Origin: Candidatus Omnitrophota bacterium
GTDB taxonomy: Bacteria > Omnitrophota > Gorgyraeia > JABMRN01 > RBG-13-46-9
Assembly (NCBI GenBank): GCA_013203315.1
Contig: JABMQJ010000009.1
Location: 1-53,550 of the forward strand
DNA: 53,550 nt
Reading direction: 5' to 3'
How positions within the stretch are numbered: the stretch's first letter is position 1; each line of letters begins with the position of its first letter. A program made the position numbers and the translations under genes. Under the pieces are notes generated by a model. That model saw nothing but the letters and a program-made list of their open reading frames with translations, was not told the DNA's origin and did not search any database. Below are positions 47,030-53,550 of this stretch, piece by piece.

Positions 47030-47354
47030 ACAGGTAGAGAAAGACGGTATTGTTATATGCTATTTATCCGGGGAGATTGACATTAATACGTCCCCTCAGG
47101 CAAAAAAGTTTTTTGACAAACTTATAATAGCCAAAAAAGAGAAAATCCTCTTAAATTTTAAAGATGTAAGCTATGTAGATAGTTCAGGCCTTGCGACCCT
47201 AGTCGAAATATTAAAAGGCCTCAGGACTTACGGCGGCAAGTTAAAGCTTGTCACTCTTTCCACAAAGGTAAAAAATCTATTTGAGATAACGAAATTGGAC
47301 AAACTATTTGATATCGTAGCCGACGAGGAAGAAGCCGTAACCTCATTTAGCTAA
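47019..47354 (+). CDS. STAS protein (RsbV/SpoIIAA-like anti-sigma antagonist)
   Basis: GEID..T, phosphoacceptor motif VSYVDSSGL, and FEITKL. Confidence 0.92.
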   Translation: MQIKQVEKDGIVICYLSGEIDINTSPQAKKFFDKLIIAKKEKILLNFKDVSYVDSSGLATLVEILKGLRTYGGKLKLVTLSTKVKNLFEITKLDKLFDIVADEEEAVTSFS

Positions 47355-48149
47355 ATGAACATAATCGAGACGACCGGTAAAGCAGTAATAGGCACTTATA
47401 AGCACGTAGTCAACGTGTTGCATCTGCTTTTTCAGACGCTATCCTGGATTGCCATAGGCCCGCTTAAAGGTAAATTCCCAAAAAGACAAAGTATCTTCGA
47501 ACAGATGGTTTTTGCCGGCGTAAAGTCGCTTGTTATCGTTTGTTTCGTGGGGCTTTTTACAGGGATTGTCATAGCGATGCAAAGCGCATATCAACTTGCG
47601 CAGCTAGGCGCTACGATTTATGTCGCTGCAATGGTTAGCGTAAGTATCGCCCGGGAATTGGGCCCGGTCCTGACGGCCCTTGTCGTCGCCGGAAGGGTAG
47701 GTGCTGCGATAACCGCCGAGCTTGCTTCAATGAAGGTCTCCGAACAGATAGAGGCGCTGGACACCCTCGCGCTAAACCCGATACGCTTTCTTGTCGTTCC
47801 GCGCTTTCTGGCGCTTTTAATCATGCTGCCCTGCCTTACACTTCTGGCAGACATTATGGGCGTAGCCGGCGGATTTTTGGTTGGCATATACAATTTAGGA
47901 CTGAACCCGCACAGATACATGGACGTTTCATTCGAGTTCATGGTCTGGAAGGATGTATGGACGGGTATTGTAAAAAGCGTTGTTTTCGCAATTACCATAT
48001 CCATGGTCGGATGTTACATGGGGCTTAACACCAGGGGCGGCGCCGAAGGCGTCGGAAAATCAACGACTGTAAGCGTTGTTACAAGCTTCATTCTCATTAT
48101 ATTGTTTGATTGTGTATTGACCGGAGTATTCTATTTCGCAAATATGTGA
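47355..48149 (+). CDS. mlaE: MlaE-family ABC permease
   Basis: RELGPVL..AGRVG..AEL..M..EQIEAL, VVPR and GAEGVG. Confidence 0.93.
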   Translation: MNIIETTGKAVIGTYKHVVNVLHLLFQTLSWIAIGPLKGKFPKRQSIFEQMVFAGVKSLVIVCFVGLFTGIVIAMQSAYQLAQLGATIYVAAMVSVSIARELGPVLTALVVAGRVGAAITAELASMKVSEQIEALDTLALNPIRFLVVPRFLALLIMLPCLTLLADIMGVAGGFLVGIYNLGLNPHRYMDVSFEFMVWKDVWTGIVKSVVFAITISMVGCYMGLNTRGGAEGVGKSTTVSVVTSFILIILFDCVLTGVFYFANM

Positions 48150-48157
48150 GTTTTATC

Positions 48158-48955
48158 ATGGGAAAAGAAATAGCGATAAAAGCAGAAGGCATCATAAAAG
48201 CGTTCGGCGCAAGGACCGTTCTTAACGGTATTAACCTTGAAATCTATAAAGGGGAAACGTTTGTCATAATGGGCGGTTCCGGCTGCGGCAAAAGTACGCT
48301 TCTTAGGCACATGATTGGTTCTATCAAACCCGACAGCGGCAAAGTTTATCTCCTGGGCCAGGATATAACGGGACTGCCGGAAGACGATATGGATAAGATA
48401 AAAAAACGCATAGGTATGTCATTCCAGGGATCGGCGCTTTTTGACTCCATGACCGTAGGTGAAAACGTATCTTTACCGCTTCGAGAGCACACAAAACTGG
48501 AAGATAGTATTATAAATATCATGGTAAAAATGAAACTCGAACTTGTCGGGCTTCGTGGCTTTGATGACCTGATGCCGAGCGAGCTTTCCGGCGGCATGAA
48601 GAAAAGAGTGGGCCTTGCGCGCGCTATTGCAATGGACCCGGAAATAATTTTTTATGATGAACCGACAGCTGGCCTTGACCCCATAGTAGCAGGCGTAATA
48701 GACAAGCTTATATTGGACTTATCGCAAAAACTTAATATCACAAGCGTTGTAGTAACCCATGATATGGGAAGCGTATTCAGAATAGCCGATAGGATCGCCA
48801 TGCTTTACGAAGGCAGGGTCGTTGAGGTCGGCACGAAGGAAGAAATAAAACAAAGCAAGGATGAAATAGTCCGGCAATTTATCTCAGGAAACCCGGACGG
48901 CCCAATAAAGTTTTTCCAGCAAAAAGACAATTATCTGGATCAGCTTACAAAATAA
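48158..48955 (+). CDS. mlaF: MlaF/Mkl-family ABC ATPase
   Basis: GGSGCGKST, FQ..ALFDSMTV, PSELSGGMKKRV, YDEPTAGLDP and VTHD. Confidence 0.93.
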   Translation: MGKEIAIKAEGIIKAFGARTVLNGINLEIYKGETFVIMGGSGCGKSTLLRHMIGSIKPDSGKVYLLGQDITGLPEDDMDKIKKRIGMSFQGSALFDSMTVGENVSLPLREHTKLEDSIINIMVKMKLELVGLRGFDDLMPSELSGGMKKRVGLARAIAMDPEIIFYDEPTAGLDPIVAGVIDKLILDLSQKLNITSVVVTHDMGSVFRIADRIAMLYEGRVVEVGTKEEIKQSKDEIVRQFISGNPDGPIKFFQQKDNYLDQLTK

Positions 48956-48966
48956 CGGAGGAATGT

Positions 48967-49581
48967 ATGAAAAAGTTTACAAATGAAATAAAGACAGGAT
49001 TAGTAGTCGTTATGGCCATACTCGCGGGTTTATTTTTCTGGATAAAAACAGTAAATTTTAAAACAGATAGCTACAAACTGAAAACAAGTTTCAGTCACGC
49101 GGACGGCATAAAAGAGAACTCCATAGTTGCGCTAGCGGGCATCGAAGCCGGCAGAGTAGATAGCGTCCAGTTTGCCTACGGGCCCGAAGGGACGAGCGTG
49201 GATCTTGTTTTGATAATGGATAAAGAGGCGAGGGTAAGGGAAGATTCCATAGCCTTTATCGGCGCGACGGGGTTTATCGGAGATTCCTATATTGGCATTA
49301 CACCCGGCACAACACCCGGTTTTCTCAAAGAAAATGCCAACGTTTTGAGTGAGGACCCGGTAGAGATGAGAGAACTCATGAAAAGGGCCGATGAAATTTC
49401 GAAAAATCTTGATAGTATTTTAGGTGACGTAAAAACAATCGTATCGGATAATAAAGATAAGGTCGAAAGTGTTATAGTAAATCTGGAGCAGGCCTCTACC
49501 AATTTCAATGAATTCAGTGAAGACATAAAAGAGCACCCCTGGAAGCTTCTCATGAAGGGGAAAGATAAAAAAAAGAAATAA
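48967..49581 (+). CDS. mlaD: MlaD/MCE-domain protein
   Basis: N-terminal TM, ADGI...V..AG...GRV, GFIGDSYI.I.PG, C-terminal helical region. Confidence 0.9.
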   Translation: MKKFTNEIKTGLVVVMAILAGLFFWIKTVNFKTDSYKLKTSFSHADGIKENSIVALAGIEAGRVDSVQFAYGPEGTSVDLVLIMDKEARVREDSIAFIGATGFIGDSYIGITPGTTPGFLKENANVLSEDPVEMRELMKRADEISKNLDSILGDVKTIVSDNKDKVESVIVNLEQASTNFNEFSEDIKEHPWKLLMKGKDKKKK

Positions 49582-49614
49582 ATTCACGAAAAGGATCCAG
49601 AAAGGAGCCATAAA

Positions 49615-50421
49615 ATGCGGCATTTAAAACTTGCGATAGGTTGTGCACTTATAGCGTTTTTAGCGTTAAGCCTAACGGCGGCTACGCCGAAAACATCCGT
49701 AGAGGTTATTTACGTTTCGGGCAGAGTGGAATTTCTATCCCAGGACAGCTCGGACTGGCAAGCGGCAAGGGTAGGGAAATCCCTTTTTTCCGGCGACAGC
49801 ATAAAAACGTACGAAGATTCTTCCGTTGAGATTTCCTTTGACGGAAGGAAAGAAAACGTTGTCAGTATAAACCCTAATTCGCACGTTGTTTTAAAACTTT
49901 TCGAGCAGGAGAAAATAGAGCTGATAGACGGCGAGGTATTTGCGCTTATAACACAACTCCCGCACGGTTCCAACTTTGAAATACGTACACCCACCGCTGT
50001 CTGCGGCGCAAGGGGCACGGGTTGGGGCGCTAATGCGGATAAAACAAGAACCATCGTAAGCGGCTATGAAAACAATTCATACGCCAAGGGCGTTGATAAA
50101 AACGGTAACATCATGGAGGACAATTTAACCGTAACACAAGGGTTCTGGACCATGGTGAAACTTTTTGGGAAACCCTCAAAGCTTTCAAAAATAAGCGATA
50201 AGGATTACAAAAAATGGAATAAATGGAAGGATGCTTTCCTGGAGCGCGTCTTCGGCAAAAGAACAAGAAGAAAGAGATTAAGCGATGATCTTGATAAAAT
50301 CGCCGGTCAACGGGAAAGAATGGAAGATAAGAAAGCCGATGAACGCATGAGAAAAACAACCGAAAAAACAAGCGCAGGTAGCGGAACGTCAGACTATAAT
50401 AACGAGGTTTCTCCCAGGTGA
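49615..50421 (+). CDS. Exported FecR-domain protein
   Basis: Signal peptide, GDSIKT..S.VEI.F and FEIRTPTAVCGARGT. No cytoplasmic anti-sigma domain. Confidence 0.82.
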   Translation: MRHLKLAIGCALIAFLALSLTAATPKTSVEVIYVSGRVEFLSQDSSDWQAARVGKSLFSGDSIKTYEDSSVEISFDGRKENVVSINPNSHVVLKLFEQEKIELIDGEVFALITQLPHGSNFEIRTPTAVCGARGTGWGANADKTRTIVSGYENNSYAKGVDKNGNIMEDNLTVTQGFWTMVKLFGKPSKLSKISDKDYKKWNKWKDAFLERVFGKRTRRKRLSDDLDKIAGQRERMEDKKADERMRKTTEKTSAGSGTSDYNNEVSPR

Positions 50422-50453
50422 TAAGCGGTAACATAATCGGTAAAGGAGGCAAA

Positions 50454-51497
50454 ATGAAAAAGCTATTATCATGCCTTATCTTGGGCAGTTTATTATTTAG
50501 CGTTAATTCTTTCGCGCAAGAGAAGGAAATAGATGTAAGTGATAAATACCCTTACATGAAGGTCCTGGACACTCTAACCTATGTCGAAACCTTTACGCAG
50601 CCTATAAAGCGTAAGCTGCGGGAGGGCAAGGTGGACCTTAACTTCTTTGCGGGACTCTTGCAGGGGTTTGACTCTAACGTAAACCTGGATAAGAATAAGA
50701 AGAAAGACGGCTTTTTAGATACATCGTTAAATACGGAAGCGATATATAATTACACCGATGACATTCGCCTGCGGGTTGAAAATGATACGAATTATATATT
50801 GTACTACACCCGGCCCGAGGGAACGATACTCGATATTGACACCGAAGCCGGCCTTGAAACCGACCTCTTAGACGACATGTTTACCGTAGGCGCGGATTAC
50901 GGGTTTGGCTACGTGATGTTTCCTTCTGACAAAGACGGAACCTACATCAGTAACCGCGTAAGAACGTTTTTGAAGAACAATATAACCCCTAACCTGTATC
51001 ATCAAATAAGCTATAAATTCATGCACAAGGATTTTAGCCATTACCAGACGCGTAATTCGAATAGAATCAGGACAGGCTCGCTCCGAAAGGACAATCGTAA
51101 CGGCGCAGACTATGAAGTAGGCCTGTATTTATTTGACAGAGCTATTTTAAGGGCGAATGTCGAGTGTTACTACAACGAATCAAATTACAAGTATTTTCAT
51201 TATTATGATTACTGGTCAGTAAAGATAAGGCCATCAGCCATATACATGATTACCGATAAGCTTTACGTAAGCGGTAGCTTCGCATACCAGCAAAGAAACT
51301 ACGACGATAGACTGTCTACCGAAGATGATGAGCACGTATATGACGACACGTATAGTTTCAACGCTTCATTGCTTTACGACATAACGAACTCTTTTACCGC
51401 CGCCATAAACTTTTATTACATTGATAACGTTTCGAATGAACCGTTACAGGAGTATACCGGCGGCACGGTAAGCGCGGGTATATACTACTCCTTTTAA
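50454..51497 (+). CDS. Outer membrane beta-barrel protein of unknown family
   Basis: SD AGGAGG, signal peptide SFA, GFDSNV, Tyr-rich amphipathic strands, C-terminal beta-signal GIYYSF. Confidence 0.8.
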   Translation: MKKLLSCLILGSLLFSVNSFAQEKEIDVSDKYPYMKVLDTLTYVETFTQPIKRKLREGKVDLNFFAGLLQGFDSNVNLDKNKKKDGFLDTSLNTEAIYNYTDDIRLRVENDTNYILYYTRPEGTILDIDTEAGLETDLLDDMFTVGADYGFGYVMFPSDKDGTYISNRVRTFLKNNITPNLYHQISYKFMHKDFSHYQTRNSNRIRTGSLRKDNRNGADYEVGLYLFDRAILRANVECYYNESNYKYFHYYDYWSVKIRPSAIYMITDKLYVSGSFAYQQRNYDDRLSTEDDEHVYDDTYSFNASLLYDITNSFTAAINFYYIDNVSNEPLQEYTGGTVSAGIYYSF

Positions 51498-51503
51498 TCC
51501 TTT

Positions 51504-53441
51504 ATGGATTTTTCAAAGAAAAGAAAAAGGATCGCATTACTCGTAAGCGCCCTTCTCATTATTGCATCCGCAATCTCACTTTCCTACTTTCGAGTTCTCG
51601 ATAATTACGAATTAGAAACCCTCGATATAAGATTCAGATTGCGCCCACCGATTCCGGTAAATAAAAATATAGCCATAATCGAAATAGGCGATGACACGAT
51701 CGATAAACTCGGTAAATGGCCTATTTCCCGCAAGTACCACGCCGCGCTCGTAGACGCATTGACCCAAGCGGGCGCTCGGGCAATCGTTTTCGACGTTTTT
51801 TTCTCAGAAGAAAGAGATGAGATCGGGGACTTGCAATTCGAGGAAGCAATTAAAAAATCGGGAAAGGTTTATCTGCCTTACGTATTTAATATCGCCTCCG
51901 AAGGCGGATACAACGTGCCCGTGGCCGACAAAATACAAGAAAAACTTGTCGACAAATTCGAAAAACATGCCAAGGGCACCGGTTTTATAAATATTATTCC
52001 GGACTCAGACGGAAAATACAGAAGAGTCCCGCTTTTTATCAGATATAAAAACGTTCTTTACTCTCACGTATGCTTTTTGGTGGCCGCGGATTACCTCGGA
52101 CTTGAAGAAAAAAATATCCAACTTAAACCCGGAAAGTTTGTTGTTTTGGGAGATAAAATAAAAGTACCCCTTGGTTCAAATTCGGCTACCATCGTAAACT
52201 TTCCCGGGGAATGGAACAAGACCTTCAGGCGTTATTCCTACATTGACATCCTGGACTCGCACATATCCGTAAAATTTCCAAATATCACGAAAAAGAAACC
52301 TATAGTAGACATGGCCTCGTTTGAGGGAAGTGTTTGTTTCATCGGAGTTACGGCGACAGCAACACCGGATGCTCACCCGTCACCGTTTGATTCTTTATAC
52401 CCCGGTGTCGGCACTAACGCCAGCCTTTTTAACAGTTTCCTGATCGAGAAATTTATAAAGCGCGTCGGCCGACTCGCAAATGTTATAATTTTAGTACTAC
52501 TTTGCATGGTAACGTGCTGGATAGCAAAACGCGCTAAAACACTCTTAGGTTTTATTTTTGTATTTCTATTTATACTGGGCTACATAGTTTTCGCTACGGC
52601 ACTTTTCTTTGCGTGGGGCCTCTGGATCGATATTTTCTGTCCCGTAGCAGTTATACTATTTGTATACCTGGGCGCTACCTTCACAAAATACATAAGCGAA
52701 GTCCATAAAACAGAGGTCCTGGAAAAAGAATTAAGCATCGCGAAAAAAATACAGGAAAGCTTTCTTCCGAAGGAAAAACCCGAAGTTCCGGGGATAGAAG
52801 TTGTAGCCAAGATGGTAACCGCGCTCCAGGTGGGAGGAGACCTCTACGATTTTGTAAAGCTTGGCGAGAAAAAACTTGGGATAATGATAGGTGATGTTTC
52901 CGGCAAGGGAGTTCCCGCCGCTTTATTCATGGCAAAGGTTGTAAGCGATTTTAAATATTTTGCTGGCGAAGAAACGGCTTCCCGGGCGATATTTAAATTA
53001 AATGATAAGCTATGCCGCGAAAGTGGATCCGGGCTTTTTGTAACATTATCCTATGTAGTCTTCGACATGGAAAAGGACACTTTAAACTACTCTACGGGGG
53101 GCCACCTTCCGATGATCATGCTAAGAAAAGGGGAAGAGAGGCCCGAACTTATCGATCTTAAAGAGGGAACGCCTCTGGGGCTTTTTGAAGGCGAATTCAA
53201 TGATAAAATAGTAGAATTTAAAAAAGGCGACACGTTTATTCTTTATACAGACGGCGTTACGGAAGCCATGAATAAAAAAGGCGAAATGTTCGAAGAGGAA
53301 GGGCTCCTTAAGCTGGTAAAGGATAACGCCGCTTTGGGCATCGAACAGATAGTTAATTTAGTGCAGGAACAGGTTAAAAAGTTTGAGGGAAAAGACAGAC
53401 AGCACGATGACATTACGGTTATCGCGGTCAGGATAGCGTAA
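51504..53441 (+). CDS. CHASE2 sensor fused to SpoIIE/RsbU-type PP2C Ser phosphatase
   Basis: CHASE2 D.RF..GKWPISR..GARAIVFD..DSDG..RR..PGV, then 3 TM helices, then ELSIA..IQ..FLP, GGDLYD, DVSGKG, YTDGVTE and DDIT. Confidence 0.92.
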   Translation: MDFSKKRKRIALLVSALLIIASAISLSYFRVLDNYELETLDIRFRLRPPIPVNKNIAIIEIGDDTIDKLGKWPISRKYHAALVDALTQAGARAIVFDVFFSEERDEIGDLQFEEAIKKSGKVYLPYVFNIASEGGYNVPVADKIQEKLVDKFEKHAKGTGFINIIPDSDGKYRRVPLFIRYKNVLYSHVCFLVAADYLGLEEKNIQLKPGKFVVLGDKIKVPLGSNSATIVNFPGEWNKTFRRYSYIDILDSHISVKFPNITKKKPIVDMASFEGSVCFIGVTATATPDAHPSPFDSLYPGVGTNASLFNSFLIEKFIKRVGRLANVIILVLLCMVTCWIAKRAKTLLGFIFVFLFILGYIVFATALFFAWGLWIDIFCPVAVILFVYLGATFTKYISEVHKTEVLEKELSIAKKIQESFLPKEKPEVPGIEVVAKMVTALQVGGDLYDFVKLGEKKLGIMIGDVSGKGVPAALFMAKVVSDFKYFAGEETASRAIFKLNDKLCRESGSGLFVTLSYVVFDMEKDTLNYSTGGHLPMIMLRKGEERPELIDLKEGTPLGLFEGEFNDKIVEFKKGDTFILYTDGVTEAMNKKGEMFEEEGLLKLVKDNAALGIEQIVNLVQEQVKKFEGKDRQHDDITVIAVRIA

Positions 53442-53442
53442 C

Positions 53443-53466
53443 CCAAATTTGCATTCGCAAATTTGG
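53443..53466. terminator. Hairpin between convergent phosphatase gene and tRNA
   Basis: CCAAATTTGC-ATTC-GCAAATTTGG, perfect 10-bp stem overlapping the tRNA CCA. Confidence 0.55.
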
Positions 53467-53550
53467 TGCCGAAGGTGGGAGTCGAACCCACATGATCTTG
53501 CGATCAACGGCTTTTGAGGCCGCCGCGTCTGCCAGTTCCGCCACTTCGGC
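53464..53550 (-). tRNA. tRNA-Leu (anticodon CAA), long variable arm, encoded CCA
   Basis: Reverse complement GCCGAAG..GGCGGAACTGGCAGACGC..CTCAAAA..GTTCGACTC..CTTCGGCACCA. Confidence 0.97.

Noticed and set aside
91-53491. Numerous 60-290 aa antisense or alternate-frame ORFs (e.g. 37798-38676, 40766-41452, 39998-40648)
   Set aside because: They lie within well-supported genes on the opposite strand or frame and have no motifs; shadow ORFs.
53443-53550. tRNA-Leu 3' end as a possible island integration site
   Set aside because: No integrase and no duplicate of the tRNA 3' end was noticed, and the adjacent genes are core-like.

Overview
A gene-dense, mostly + strand chromosomal segment from an anaerobic, diderm bacterium. 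Protein families and style suggest the PVC superphylum, possibly Omnitrophota; this is an inference and untested. It runs from a 5'-truncated typA to a tRNA-Leu(CAA). In between: an OprB porin-aspD-aspT decarboxylation cluster; GTP-PEPCK; a sugar porter + OprB pair; an ECF sigma/zinc anti-sigma/Spy-like module with three visible sigmaE-type promoters; a TolC + YbhGFSR-like ABC exporter; an archaeal-type thymidylate synthase with radical SAM genes; a beta-PGM/GH65 pair; NrdR-box-controlled class II RNR; and apgM, ychF, folC and mnmE. The best candidate for an undescribed system is an 11-gene envelope operon (44349-53441). It interleaves a complete partner-switch (RsbW kinase, STAS, CHASE2-PP2C phosphatase) plus a FecR/beta-barrel sensor pair with mlaEFD, accA and an L,D-transpeptidase, and contains no sigma factor. 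Also notable are an orphan MamI-like small membrane protein and a shared CTCAAG-N5/6-CTTGAG palindrome over three -35 boxes. No CRISPR, transposase, integrase or prophage was seen.
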